From an uncultured Anaerolineaceae bacterium (GTDB lineage Bacteria > Chloroflexota > Anaerolineae > Anaerolineales > UBA4823), in the NCBI GenBank assembly GCA_964385625.1, contig CAYLPS010000009.1, forward strand, positions 653 through 64,652: a DNA stretch of 64,000 nucleotides. The letters are read 5' to 3'. The position numbers were made by a program, and so were the translations under genes. Every line of letters begins with the position of its first letter. The first letter of the stretch is position 1. This document shows, piece after piece, positions 49,200-59,820 of this stretch. The notes beneath the pieces were generated by a model. That model saw nothing but the letters and a program-made list of their open reading frames with translations. It made no database searches and had not been told where the DNA came from.

Positions 49200-50360
49200 A
49201 TGAAGAAGTTATCTACATTTTTAGCCCTATTGATGATTGCTTCCGTGGTGCTGGCTGCCTGTGCGCCAGCTGCGACCACCACACCATCGCAAGTTGTCAC
49301 AGAGCCTACCCAACCGCCACCACCAACCGAAAAGCCGTATCGTGTAGGCTTTGTAACCGATACCGGTGGCATTGATGATCAAAGCTTCAATACCACCCAA
49401 TGGAACGGTGTTTTGAGGGCGCAAGAGCAGCTTGGTATAAAGGCGCAATTCATCCAGTCGGATGAAGCCACCCAATATACCCCCAACCTGACCGAGTTCG
49501 CCAGCCAAGGCTATGACCTTGTAATTGCTGCTGGCTTCTTCCTCGGTGGAGACCTGGCCAAAGTTGCCGCCGAATATCCCGACGTCAAGTTTTCCATTGT
49601 GGACTATTCCTATCCTGACCCGTTCGGTGTTCCCGAAGGTGTTGTGGGCAATTCAGAGTGCATCCCAAATGTTCAGGGACAGGTCTTCAAGACTGACCAG
49701 GCAGCATTTCTGGCGGGTTATTTAGCCGCCGGTATGTCCAAGACCGGTAAGCTCGGTTATTTTGGTGGCGCTAAAATCCCCACCGTGACCATCTTCGGTG
49801 TCGGCTTTCAGGCTGGTATGGAATATTACAATCAGGTGCATGGCACGAGTGTGACCCTGTTGGGATGGGATAACAAGACCGGCGAAGGCCTGTTCACGGG
49901 TGACTTCTCTGACCTGAACAAGGGGAAGGAATCCACAGCGTCACTCTTCGATGAAGGTGCAGATATCTTCATGGGCGTTGGTGGCCTGATCGGTTCTCCC
50001 GGTTTCGATGTTGCTCGTGAGCGTGGCGGTTATGGCATCTGGGTGGACGTTGATGGCTACAACCTGCTGCCTGAGGCTCGCGATGTTCTCCTCACCAGCG
50101 TGATGAAGAATATGGACAACTCGGTCTTCGATGTGATTAAAGCCGCTATGGATGGCAACTTCGATGGTTGTGGCGTTTATGTCGGCAGCATCGCCAATAA
50201 TGGCGTGGGCATTGCCCCGTATCACGATTTGGCTAGCGCAGTACCAGCCGACCTGCAAGCGGAAGTCGATGACCTGAGGGCAAAGATTGCGTCTGGTGAA
50301 ATTGCCGATACTGGTTGTGTATCTTATCCAGATTGGTGCCCCGCGGGGTTATACCCGTAG
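49200..50360 (+). CDS. BMP-family (PnrA-like) nucleoside-binding lipoprotein
   Basis: LAAC lipobox, DTGGIDDQSFN, FLAGYLAA, WVDVD, TSVMK. Confidence 0.92.
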   Translation: MKKLSTFLALLMIASVVLAACAPAATTTPSQVVTEPTQPPPPTEKPYRVGFVTDTGGIDDQSFNTTQWNGVLRAQEQLGIKAQFIQSDEATQYTPNLTEFASQGYDLVIAAGFFLGGDLAKVAAEYPDVKFSIVDYSYPDPFGVPEGVVGNSECIPNVQGQVFKTDQAAFLAGYLAAGMSKTGKLGYFGGAKIPTVTIFGVGFQAGMEYYNQVHGTSVTLLGWDNKTGEGLFTGDFSDLNKGKESTASLFDEGADIFMGVGGLIGSPGFDVARERGGYGIWVDVDGYNLLPEARDVLLTSVMKNMDNSVFDVIKAAMDGNFDGCGVYVGSIANNGVGIAPYHDLASAVPADLQAEVDDLRAKIASGEIADTGCVSYPDWCPAGLYP

Positions 50361-50379
50361 AATTTAGTTGCTAGCATTG

Positions 50380-50418
50380 AGCAGGCGGTGTCTGGTAATA
50401 AAACAGACACCGCCTGCT
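50380..50418. terminator. Intercistronic hairpin after the BMP gene
   Basis: AGCAGGCGGTGTCTG/CAGACACCGCCTGCT 15-bp stem. Confidence 0.6.
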
Positions 50419-50475
50419 GAAAAAATGTTATCACCGAATATAAGATTCTCCCTTTTCTAAACCGAGGAGAGATGT

Positions 50476-52011
50476 ATGACGCCTATCCTGGAATTGCATG
50501 GTATTACCAAGCGTTTTCCTGGCGTTCTGGCAAATGACCATATCGACCTTACCCTGAACGAGGGTGAAGTCCTCGCCTTATTAGGGGAAAACGGTGCTGG
50601 CAAGACCACGCTAATGAACATTCTGTATGGCTTATATACGCAGGATGAAGGGGAAATCTACATCCGAGGCAAGAAAGCAGCCATCCACTCTCCACGTGAT
50701 GCTATCGACATGGGCGTAGGCATGGTGCACCAGCATTTCATGCTGGTAACGGTTTTTACGGTTACTGAAAATGTGATGCTCGGCATTGAGCCAACTAAGG
50801 CCGGCGTCTTTCTGGATCGAGCGATGGTGGCTCAGGAAATTAACCAAATTTCCGAACGCTTCGGCTTGAAAGTTGAGCCCAATACCTATATCGAAGACCT
50901 GTCGGTTGGTGCTCAGCAGCGCGTTGAGATTATCAAAGTCTTGTATCGCCAGGCAGATATCCTGATCTTTGACGAGCCCACTGCTGTGCTGACTCCTCAG
51001 GAAGTAGACGACCTGTTTATTGTGCTCCATTCTTTGGTCGAACAGGGTAAATCCCTCATTTTCATCAGTCATAAGCTCAATGAGGTATTGTCGATTGCAG
51101 ACCGTATCATGGTGTTGAGGGATGGTAAGCTGGTCGGCGTCACCACCCCTGCCCAGGCTACTGAGGCTTCGCTGGCAAGCATGATGGTGGGACGGGAAGT
51201 TATCCTGGAAGTGGAGAAGCAGCCGGCTAAGGTTGGTGATGCGGTGCTGGAAGTGCAAGACTTGCATGTCCGCGATGATCGCCAGCTGCTGGCAGTGAAT
51301 GGGACTTCATTTGAAGTCAGGGCGGGCGAAGTACTGGGGGTGGCTGGTGTGCAGGGTAATGGGCAGACCGAGTTGGTTGAAGCACTCACCGGCTTGCGAA
51401 AAGTGGAAAGCGGCCAGGTAAAATTCATGGGGCAGGAAACCACCACGGCTTCCCCACGTGAGATTACTGAAGCAGGGACAGCCCACGTACCTGAGGACCG
51501 TCTGCGAGACGGATTGGTACTCACTCTCTCGGTGGCGGATAACCTGGTATTGAATACATACTACCAACCTCCGTTCACCAAAGGCAAGATACTCCAGGCG
51601 AAGGAGATCAACAAGGCTGCCAGCGAGCGCGTAGAACAATTCGATGTGCGTACTCCTGGCATCTCGATTCCCGTATCCAATTTATCGGGCGGCAACCAGC
51701 AGAAGGTGATCGTAGCGCGTGAATTCTCTCGCCCGATCAAGTTGCTGATCGCCTCCCAGCCCACCCGGGGTTTGGATGTAGGTTCTATCGAGTATATCCA
51801 TAAGCGCATAATCGAGAAACGGGATGATGGCTGTGCCGTATTACTGGTCTCGCCCGAATTGGACGAAGTGATGAGCTTGTCAGATCGCATCGCCGTGATG
51901 TATGAAGGAAAAATCCTGGATATCCTGCCCCAACAGCAAGCCACCCGCAAAGAGCTTGGATTACTAATGGCAGGTGTGCAAGATAAAGTTAATGATGCGC
52001 CCACGACCTGA
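50476..52011 (+). CDS. Nucleoside ABC transporter ATPase (CUT2, two ABC domains)
   Basis: GENGAGKTT, DEPTAVL, LSGGNQQK, QPTRGLDVG. Confidence 0.93.
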   Translation: MTPILELHGITKRFPGVLANDHIDLTLNEGEVLALLGENGAGKTTLMNILYGLYTQDEGEIYIRGKKAAIHSPRDAIDMGVGMVHQHFMLVTVFTVTENVMLGIEPTKAGVFLDRAMVAQEINQISERFGLKVEPNTYIEDLSVGAQQRVEIIKVLYRQADILIFDEPTAVLTPQEVDDLFIVLHSLVEQGKSLIFISHKLNEVLSIADRIMVLRDGKLVGVTTPAQATEASLASMMVGREVILEVEKQPAKVGDAVLEVQDLHVRDDRQLLAVNGTSFEVRAGEVLGVAGVQGNGQTELVEALTGLRKVESGQVKFMGQETTTASPREITEAGTAHVPEDRLRDGLVLTLSVADNLVLNTYYQPPFTKGKILQAKEINKAASERVEQFDVRTPGISIPVSNLSGGNQQKVIVAREFSRPIKLLIASQPTRGLDVGSIEYIHKRIIEKRDDGCAVLLVSPELDEVMSLSDRIAVMYEGKILDILPQQQATRKELGLLMAGVQDKVNDAPTT

Positions 52012-52084
52012 TGGCAGTCTGACAGGCTCTACCGGTAATGGGAATCGTTCAGTCTTGTCCGTCTGATAAAATCTGGAGGTCGAA

Positions 52085-53374
52085 TTGAGCCCAAAAAAGC
52101 AGGCCTCAACCGAGAAAAAAGACGAAATCCCTAAAAAGCAGCGTTCCCTGCTCCAACGCATTTTTGTCAGGCAGGGCGCACGCTCGACAGTCCTGGTGCC
52201 AATCCTGGCGGTTTTCACAGCCTTGGTGATTGGGGCCATTATTATTTTAGTATCGACACCGGCAGTCATTGATGCCTGGCGAAATTTTCTGAGTGCACCT
52301 GGCAACGCTTTCTCGATCACCTGGGTCACAGTTCGAGATGCCTATCTCTCTCTGTTCCAGGGGGCATTCGGCAGCCCACGCGATATTGTGGCGGGATTCA
52401 AGACCTGGTTCACTACCGGTGATAGTCTGCCATTACGTTCTGCATTGCGTCCGTTCAGCGAAAGCCTGGTGATTTCCACACCCTATATCTTCGCTGGTTT
52501 GGGTGTGGCGCTGGGTTTCCAGGGCAACCTCTTCAATATAGGAGCAGAAGGGCAGATATTCGTGGGTGGCCTGGCTTCGGTATTCGTGGGTTATTCGATC
52601 AGTGGTTTGCCAATGATCATCCACCTGCCTCTGGCATTATTGGCAGGCATATTGGCAGGCGTCATCTGGGGTGCTATCCCCGGGTATCTAAAAGCCAAGA
52701 CCGGAGCCCACGAGGTGATCAATACGATCATGATGAACTACGTGGCTTTTCGCCTCACGGATTTTCTGCTTACGGGGCCCATGGCCCGCCCGGATGGTTT
52801 GCCCATCACCCCAGAGATAAAACCATCCGCCTCTTTGCCCCTCTTATTTGGGTCCCCCATGCGTATTCACCTGGGATTTATCCTGGCTTTGGTGGCTGCT
52901 TACCTGGTGTACTGGTTCCTGTGGAAGACACCGCGCGGCATGGAGATTCGCATCACCGGGCAGAACGTACATGCTGCACGCTACGCCGGTATTAATATCA
53001 GCGCAGTGATTGTGATGACGATGGCATTGAGTGCCGCTCTGGCCGGCCTGGCAGGTGCCAACCAGGTATTAGGAGTGGATCACCGCCTGGTGCGTGCCTT
53101 TTCCACTGGCTATGGTTTCGACTCAATCTCCCTGGCATTGTTGGGTAACAGCCATCCTCTGGGGGTGGTGCTGGCCTCGCTGCTGTTCGGTTTTCTGCGC
53201 GGTGGAGCGGCTCGTATGCAATCGGTAGCAGGGATACCGGTTGAGATCATTCGTATTATCCAAGGCTTAATCATCGTTTTCGTCGCTGCCCCGGAGATCA
53301 TCCGCAGCCTATACCGGTTGAAGGAAGTCAAGAAGACCGGTCCGGTAGTGGCCCAACCAACTGAAGAACTTTGA
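52085..53374 (+). CDS. Nucleoside ABC permease
   Basis: FNIGAEGQ, HEVINTIMMNY, GYGFDSI. Confidence 0.92.
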   Translation: MSPKKQASTEKKDEIPKKQRSLLQRIFVRQGARSTVLVPILAVFTALVIGAIIILVSTPAVIDAWRNFLSAPGNAFSITWVTVRDAYLSLFQGAFGSPRDIVAGFKTWFTTGDSLPLRSALRPFSESLVISTPYIFAGLGVALGFQGNLFNIGAEGQIFVGGLASVFVGYSISGLPMIIHLPLALLAGILAGVIWGAIPGYLKAKTGAHEVINTIMMNYVAFRLTDFLLTGPMARPDGLPITPEIKPSASLPLLFGSPMRIHLGFILALVAAYLVYWFLWKTPRGMEIRITGQNVHAARYAGINISAVIVMTMALSAALAGLAGANQVLGVDHRLVRAFSTGYGFDSISLALLGNSHPLGVVLASLLFGFLRGGAARMQSVAGIPVEIIRIIQGLIIVFVAAPEIIRSLYRLKEVKKTGPVVAQPTEEL

Positions 53375-53383
53375 GAGTGATAC

Positions 53384-54643
53384 ATGGCTGAAATCGCAAT
53401 CGTCCAGAAAAAACGCAGCAGTCGTCGAGCCCTGGTCATCGGAATAGTATCTATAATCATTGCCATATTTTTATTGTTATTAGGTTTGAATAAACAAGGT
53501 GAGGTTTCCACGTTTGTACTTACCAGTCAGCGTGCCGGGGTGACAATTGCCGCACCCGATCTTGTGCTACCCACTGCTATCACGCTATATATTTTCTGTG
53601 GCATTGCAGGATTGTTGGGCCTCTCGCAGATTGTGCGTCGTTTTAAACGCGATAATTTTGTCATTATCGTGGGAGCGAGCCTCGCTGTTATCGGATTCCT
53701 GATTTGGGCTACGGCAGGTGCTTCACTCAATCTGACTGGAATGCTGGTCAGCAGTCTCATTCGGGCTACGCCGATTGGGCTCGCCGCTTTGAGCGGGTTG
53801 TACAGCGAACGTTCAGGCGTGGTGAATATTGGAATTGAAGGCATGATGCTGGTGGGTGCCTTCGTTGCAGCTGTATTCGCCAGCGTGAGCCACAACCAGT
53901 TTATCGGTATTCTCGGTGGAATAGCCTTCGGGATGCTGATGGGACTCCTGCACGCCGTGCTTTCCATTCGCTACCGCGTCAACCAGATCATCAGCGGCAC
54001 TGGCATCATTATCCTGGCTTTGGGTCTCACCAGCTATCTGCAACGCGCCTTCTTGAATACCAATCCGGCATTGAATTCACCCGGCCCGGCTATCCCCGCC
54101 TTGGCAATCCCTGTTCTTTGGCGCATCCCGGTTCTGGGACCCCTGTTATTCAACCAGAGCCCAATCATTTACGCCATGATCTTGCTGGTGATATTCACCC
54201 AGGTATTGATGTACAAAACCAAATGGGGCTTGCGAGTGCGTTCTGTGGGTGAGCATCCCAAGGCTGCTGATACATTGGGCATAAACGTCTTTACCGTACG
54301 TTATATCAGCGTGCTGATTAGCGGTGCTATCGCTGGTTTGGCTGGGGCTTACATGAGCATCGGTTCAGCAGGGCGTTTCAATGAAGGCATGACCGCTGGT
54401 AAAGGCTTTCTTGGGCTGGCTGCCATGATTTTCGGAAACTGGAATTCAGGCGGTGCTTTCCTGGGATCACTCATTTTCGGTTTCTTCGACTCATGGCAGG
54501 AAAAACTGTCTTTGTTACAGATTGGTATCCCGGTGGACCTGCTGGGAACGGCGCCTTACATCGCTACTATGATTGTTCTGTCGGGCTTTATCGGGCGTTC
54601 ACGCATGCCGGCTGCCGATGGCACCCCTTACGTGAAACAGTGA
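53384..54643 (+). CDS. Nucleoside ABC permease
   Basis: SERSGVVNIGIEGMM, GEHPKAADTLGINV, GFLGLAAMIFG. Confidence 0.92.
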   Translation: MAEIAIVQKKRSSRRALVIGIVSIIIAIFLLLLGLNKQGEVSTFVLTSQRAGVTIAAPDLVLPTAITLYIFCGIAGLLGLSQIVRRFKRDNFVIIVGASLAVIGFLIWATAGASLNLTGMLVSSLIRATPIGLAALSGLYSERSGVVNIGIEGMMLVGAFVAAVFASVSHNQFIGILGGIAFGMLMGLLHAVLSIRYRVNQIISGTGIIILALGLTSYLQRAFLNTNPALNSPGPAIPALAIPVLWRIPVLGPLLFNQSPIIYAMILLVIFTQVLMYKTKWGLRVRSVGEHPKAADTLGINVFTVRYISVLISGAIAGLAGAYMSIGSAGRFNEGMTAGKGFLGLAAMIFGNWNSGGAFLGSLIFGFFDSWQEKLSLLQIGIPVDLLGTAPYIATMIVLSGFIGRSRMPAADGTPYVKQ

Positions 54644-54670
54644 GCTTCTATTAAGAAAATCCTCGTAAAA

Positions 54671-54703
54671 CAAAGCCCGTTGCAGTTAAGTCAACGGGTT
54701 TTG
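54671..54703. terminator. Hairpin between convergent genes
   Basis: CAAAGCCCGTTG/CAACGGGTTTTG. Confidence 0.6.
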
Positions 54704-54753
54704 ACATTTAACTAACCTGCTGTATAGGCATGCCACCCCAGTTTCAGAGCGCT

Positions 54754-55785
54754 TCAGGGGTTTGCCACGTTTGTACTGAGGGTTCCCTCCTCGAGCCCGG
54801 TGATGATGGCGGACATTCGCTCTTTCACCGGTGGTGGTACGAGGCTCTCAAAATCGTGATAAGGGCCCATTCCCGGTGTTCCGAAATAATTGCCACTCGG
54901 AAATGCGCCCTCCCTCGCCATCTTCACCAGCTGGTACACCCCAGCATTGATTTGCTTAACGGCGCTCGAGATCAGGCAGGGGGCTGCTTCACGGTAGATA
55001 TTCCACAGGTCATCGTTAGCTCCTATGCAATAGATTCCCGGGTGCTTGGCCGCTTCTAGCAACACTCCCTTACCCACCTTGCTTCCCGCCGCAAAGACCA
55101 CGTCCGCACCATTCTGGACTGCCTCTGCGGTGGCGGATGCCCCCCATCTGGCTTCCATGGATGTTGTTTCACCCTCTCCTGGGTAATACGCGGAGATGAT
55201 GCCAATTTCCGTATTGATGTATTTGGCTCCCGCCTCAAAGCCTTCCTTGAGGGCTACCGCTGCTGGTGCCATTTCTGCATCCAGCACCACCGCGATGAGG
55301 TTGGTTTTGGTCACCTGGGCCGCCAATGCGCCTGCCAGGAAGCCCAGCTGGTCATCATGAAACACAAGCCCCACCAGGTTGGGAAGGAACTGACTTTGCT
55401 GTTGTTCCACACCGATAAAAAGGCGGTCTGGATGACTTCTGGCCGCACTAATCGTCGCCTCGGCGTAATTATTTCCGGCGGTGACGATGACATCGTAACC
55501 GGCCTCAGCCAAAATGGATATGTTGTTTGCATAATCTTTCGCGTCGACCGTCTCTATATACTTTACCTGGTCTGCCACCTTATCTGCCTGCGCCTGCAGC
55601 ACGCCTTGCCACGCCATCTGATTCACCGATTGGTCGGTGATACCCTCCAGGTCGGTAACCAGTCCGACGCAAAAAATCTCCTCCCTTGTGCAATCGGTTT
55701 TATCAGGGGTTGCCTTTGTGCAAGCAGCCAGCATCAATCCAATGAGCAGGAGCGGAGTTATGATGGATACATTTTTCTTTGGCAT
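54754..55785 (-). CDS. BMP-family lipoprotein (second paralogue)
   Basis: LAAC lipobox, ITDQSVN, GFLAGALAA, GADVVFAAG. Confidence 0.88.
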   Translation of the reverse strand: MPKKNVSIITPLLLIGLMLAACTKATPDKTDCTREEIFCVGLVTDLEGITDQSVNQMAWQGVLQAQADKVADQVKYIETVDAKDYANNISILAEAGYDVIVTAGNNYAEATISAARSHPDRLFIGVEQQQSQFLPNLVGLVFHDDQLGFLAGALAAQVTKTNLIAVVLDAEMAPAAVALKEGFEAGAKYINTEIGIISAYYPGEGETTSMEARWGASATAEAVQNGADVVFAAGSKVGKGVLLEAAKHPGIYCIGANDDLWNIYREAAPCLISSAVKQINAGVYQLVKMAREGAFPSGNYFGTPGMGPYHDFESLVPPPVKERMSAIITGLEEGTLSTNVANP

Positions 55786-55920
55786 TACAGCCTTTACCAG
55801 GTTTTTGATCTATTAAACGCAGCACTCGTCTCGTAACAATCATAGCACATTCGTCAGCCACTTGATCCGTTTTGTCCCTGGCTTTTCTCGATGGAGCTAC
55901 ACCCCATAAAGTTTGCCCTC

Positions 55921-56997
55921 TTAGGGCTGGTTTTCTCCCGTGGATAAATCCACGCCGGTACCGATAAAGCCTTCCTGCAAGTCAGATAACACCTGCTTGG
56001 CCACGTTTTGCTTGCCGGGGGTGAGCAGGTTTGGGTTGATATTCGTGAATTGGATAGGCACGGCCAGTGATTGGCCACCTCCAATATCCCCGCTCAATAA
56101 TCTTTTCACTTCATCCTGGATCAGCGGGAAGGGGTCACTGCTAAGCGATACCACCCAATTTTCACTGGCCGCTTGTGGTGGCTCACCACTGCTGATGATA
56201 TCCACGCCCCCTTGCGCCAGGATGGAAAATATAGTTTCATCGCCGGCACCGGCATGGATGTAAACCGTCAGGGCATCGTGGTCAACCATGTAATTGGCTG
56301 CTGCTTGCCATTCAGCATCGCTGGCCGTGGAGGGCAGCGCGATGTACAGCGGATACTCATAAAAGGGTGGGTGCGCCGGGCGGCACAAACCGCAGAAATA
56401 GGTGACGCCGTTCAGGAAGCCTGTGCCCGCCGCTTGCCCTTCAGCTGTATCCGACTGGCTGATCACCCCCACCCGCCAATCATCAGAAAGCATGGCGGCA
56501 ATCACCCCGGCGATGAATCCCTGCTGGTCTGGCCGGTCTCCTTCACCGCCGATGGTGGTTAAATTAGGGGCAGCCTGCAAACCGGGGATATCGATTGCCA
56601 GAAATTGTGTGCTCCCAGCGGCCGCCGTCAGCTCAGCTAGCCCGGGATCTGGTGGAACGGCCACCACTAATTTCACCTCGGGCAGCAGGTCATTCACTGT
56701 CAGCTTGCGCCTCACTTGCCAGCGTACACCGGCTGCCGTGACGGTATCGTTCAACCCGCTTTGCAGGCTTCTCACCAGGGTCTGGTCGGCGTCGGGGGCG
56801 GCTAATAACACCGCCACAGGTGCCGGTGGTGTGGATGTTGGGGTCGTGGTCGGGGTGGTTGTGGCCGTTGCGGTCGGGTTGGGGGAGGGGGTGAGGGTCG
56901 GGGTGGCAGTTCGAATCACACTACCACAGGCTGCTGGCAGGAAGCCCAGGCAGGCTAAAAGAATTGCAATGGTGATGTGACGGATTTTTACAGGCAA
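55921..56997 (-). CDS. Divergent BMP-like lipoprotein with Thr/Pro linker
   Basis: AAC lipobox, TPT repeats, DQQGFIAGVIAA. Confidence 0.7.
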   Translation of the reverse strand: MPVKIRHITIAILLACLGFLPAACGSVIRTATPTLTPSPNPTATATTTPTTTPTSTPPAPVAVLLAAPDADQTLVRSLQSGLNDTVTAAGVRWQVRRKLTVNDLLPEVKLVVAVPPDPGLAELTAAAGSTQFLAIDIPGLQAAPNLTTIGGEGDRPDQQGFIAGVIAAMLSDDWRVGVISQSDTAEGQAAGTGFLNGVTYFCGLCRPAHPPFYEYPLYIALPSTASDAEWQAAANYMVDHDALTVYIHAGAGDETIFSILAQGGVDIISSGEPPQAASENWVVSLSSDPFPLIQDEVKRLLSGDIGGGQSLAVPIQFTNINPNLLTPGKQNVAKQVLSDLQEGFIGTGVDLSTGENQP

Positions 56998-57105
56998 ACG
57001 AATGCACTCCCACAGTGTGGTTGCGCATTATTTTACTACACGGTTGAAAAAATTCAAAAATCGTAATTACAAGCGGTTAAAAATCCCTTGGTGTATAATA
57101 AGTTC

Positions 57106-57576
57106 ATGATCGAGCTGAACATCCCTGGCCGCGGTTCGCTCCGACTGCAGCATCTGGTATGTGATGTCAATGGTACCCTGGCAGTGGATGGTCAGCTTAC
57201 CGAAGGTGTGAGCCAAAAGTTGTCTGCCCTGCGTGATTGCCTCAGCCTGCACTTGCTGACCGCAGACACGCACGGGAAGCAGGATATCATCGACCAGCAG
57301 CTTGGTATAAAGTCTGTGCGCATTCACCCCGGGAACGAGTCCAGGCAAAAAACCATGTATGTAGAAAACCTGGGTGCAGGCTTGTGTGTGGCCATCGGTC
57401 AGGGAGCCAATGATGCCGGTATGCTGCGCGCTGCAGCCCTGGGGATTTGCGTGCTCTCACCCGAAGGTGCTGCCGTTGAAACCCTGCAGGCAGCTGACAT
57501 GCTGGTTGGCAGTATCTTTGATGCCTTGGAAATCCTTGAAAAACCGCTGAGAATCATCACTACCTTACGCAAATGA
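57106..57576 (+). CDS. Soluble P-type-ATPase-like HAD hydrolase
   Basis: DVNGT, TADTHG, K, GQGANDAGML. Confidence 0.85.
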   Translation: MIELNIPGRGSLRLQHLVCDVNGTLAVDGQLTEGVSQKLSALRDCLSLHLLTADTHGKQDIIDQQLGIKSVRIHPGNESRQKTMYVENLGAGLCVAIGQGANDAGMLRAAALGICVLSPEGAAVETLQAADMLVGSIFDALEILEKPLRIITTLRK

Positions 57577-58781
57577 GCTTACCCAAGAGTGAATATATCC
57601 CCGATGACCCTGATTTGATGCCTCCCGCGCGTCGAAGGCGGGCACGCCGCTTGCTGGCACCTCTGGAAGCCGATGAGCGTGCTGTAGTGTTAGATCAGCT
57701 CCGCCGGCGCACCTCTCCCAACTTTGATTTCTTTCTCTTCTCCATCCTATCCGGCATCCTCTTCGCCATCGGTCTGTGGATGGATTCGCCCATCGTGTTG
57801 CTGCTGGCTGCCATTTTCGCGCCTCTGATGGCTCCGGTGATTGGGCTTTCACTGGGTACGGCGGCTGGTTCCTATAAATACTTTTTCCGCAGTCTGGTGG
57901 CCTTCGCCATTGGCAGCCTCATGGTGTTTGCCATCGGGATGGGGGCAGGTTCTCTTGGGCGCCTCTACCCTCCCGCATCGCTTAACCAGGCTTACGCCAA
58001 CACCGAGCTCTCAGCGGTCAACTTCATCGTGCTCACAATTGGGGCAATCTTCACCGCTGCCACTATGGTCCACCACGAGCGCAGCCCTTCGGCACCCAGC
58101 GTGGCGCTGGCTTACACGCTATACCTGCCGTTAGCGGCGGCCGGCTTTGGCCTGGGAAGTGGTATTGCTCATTTATTCCCCGATGGCCTGGTGGTATTCG
58201 CCATCCACCTTGCCTGGGGAGCGTTGCTAGGGGCCGTCACCCTGGCCATCCTTGGCTTCAGGCCCATAACGGTGCTGGGTTATACCCTGGGTGCTATGGT
58301 CACCCTGGTGGGCCTGGCGATGGCCTTCGGCGTTGGAGCATACAGCACTACCCTGGGATGGTTTGGCCCGCCGCTTGCCATGCCCACCTACACCCCCACG
58401 ACCACCTTCACCCTCACCCCTGTGCCCACTCATACCTCTACAACCACCCTTACCTCCACGCCGCTGCCGCCTACCCACACTCCCACTGTCACCCTCACCC
58501 CCACCAGCACGCCCACCCCTACTCAAACCTTTACTCCCACTATTGTGCCTGTTTATGCCCGCATTGGCCCTGCAGCCGGTGCCACCATCCGCAGCGGGCC
58601 AGGCTTCGACGCCCTTCCCGTCTACCCCGGCGTCATCCAGGGGACGCTGGTGCAGCTCTTGGGCGGCAAGCAGGAGGTGAACAGGCAGATCTGGCTGGAG
58701 GTCCTGGTGGTGGAGGACGGGAGGCAGGGCTGGATCCTGCAGGATTTACTGCAGATGGCCACACCGGAACCCAATTGGTAA
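57573..58781 (+). CDS. DUF389 membrane protein with Thr/Pro linker and C-terminal SH3-like domain
   Basis: APLMAP TM motif, long TP tract, IRSGPG...W...GWI. Confidence 0.78.
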   Translation: MSLPKSEYIPDDPDLMPPARRRRARRLLAPLEADERAVVLDQLRRRTSPNFDFFLFSILSGILFAIGLWMDSPIVLLLAAIFAPLMAPVIGLSLGTAAGSYKYFFRSLVAFAIGSLMVFAIGMGAGSLGRLYPPASLNQAYANTELSAVNFIVLTIGAIFTAATMVHHERSPSAPSVALAYTLYLPLAAAGFGLGSGIAHLFPDGLVVFAIHLAWGALLGAVTLAILGFRPITVLGYTLGAMVTLVGLAMAFGVGAYSTTLGWFGPPLAMPTYTPTTTFTLTPVPTHTSTTTLTSTPLPPTHTPTVTLTPTSTPTPTQTFTPTIVPVYARIGPAAGATIRSGPGFDALPVYPGVIQGTLVQLLGGKQEVNRQIWLEVLVVEDGRQGWILQDLLQMATPEPNW

Positions 58782-58976
58782 CCTTGATACTGTTTGCTAT
58801 CTGTTTATTGTTTTTCCACTTTTGAACCTCTGAGTGCTTATCCAACGACATCTCATATTTACGTAAAAACCTGGAAAAATAACGGTTGACCACGCCCTAT
58901 ATCAGCCAGTGACCAGGGAAATCACGATCCTCAGCTTGGGGTTCCCCTTTTTTCTCGGTAAAATATCTAGCAACAT

Positions 58977-59757
58977 GTGGAAGTATACCGGCATTATCAG
59001 CGTTTGCGCGCCAGGCATACCCGAAAAATACTCGCCGTAGAGCAGGTGCATGTTTGGGATACGGCAGCCTTTACCCCGAGCGAAATTCCACCTCGCTTTA
59101 ATATTGAAGAACATGAATCTGCTCACGCCATACACCGGCAGCTGATGAGCAACCATCTGGTCCTCCCAGTTTACGCCGATGGTCCACATTTTATCTTCGA
59201 GTCATTCGCCATCTTCTCTGAGTTCCTTTTAGCCGACTACTTGTACCTGCATGAAACCGACCCCTCGAAAAAGCGCTATTACCTCGAGCGTTTTTTTGAT
59301 GGGAAAGGTATGGCGCTATATTTCACATCCCAAGATTGCAGCCCTCGAACAGGCAATATATGAAGGGGTTCAAAGAGGCGAAGTGGAGTCTGCCGATGAC
59401 CTGGATATGCTTACCTACCAGACGATTAACCGTTTCGATATTTGGGTTGCCAGGCATAATCAGTTGAAGATGCGATGGATAACCAATCAACTTTTTTATG
59501 AAGATCCCTTGTACTGCATTAACTATGTGTACGGATCGTTATTGGCGCTTAAATATTACGACCTGTACCTGCAAGCACCCATTCCCTTCGTTACTAAGTA
59601 TATCGCATTGATGTCTAATGGCTTTGATGCCGCGCCCAACGATCTGCTCAAGGAGTTTTTAGATATTGACTTGAATGATCCTCAGGTCCTCGTGGATGCG
59701 GTTCAATTGCTGGAGAAAAAAGTCAGGTTATTAGAAGAAGTATACCTCGATAGATAG
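58977..59757 (+). pseudogene. Degraded M3 oligoendopeptidase (5' truncation, internal deletion, frameshift)
   Basis: HESAHAIH, ES..F.E and YCINYVYG motifs are split over two frames; shift near 59336. Confidence 0.75.
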
Positions 59758-59820
59758 TTGATGATTCCAGGGTGATCTTCCTCCAGGGCAGGCGTTGACC
59801 ATACACCTCCCGGTCGGCAA

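Noticed and set aside
58380-58545. ACC/CCC-rich quasi-repeats (also 56820-56910)
   Set aside because: They encode Thr/Pro linkers and are not CRISPR arrays or DNA-level tandem repeats.
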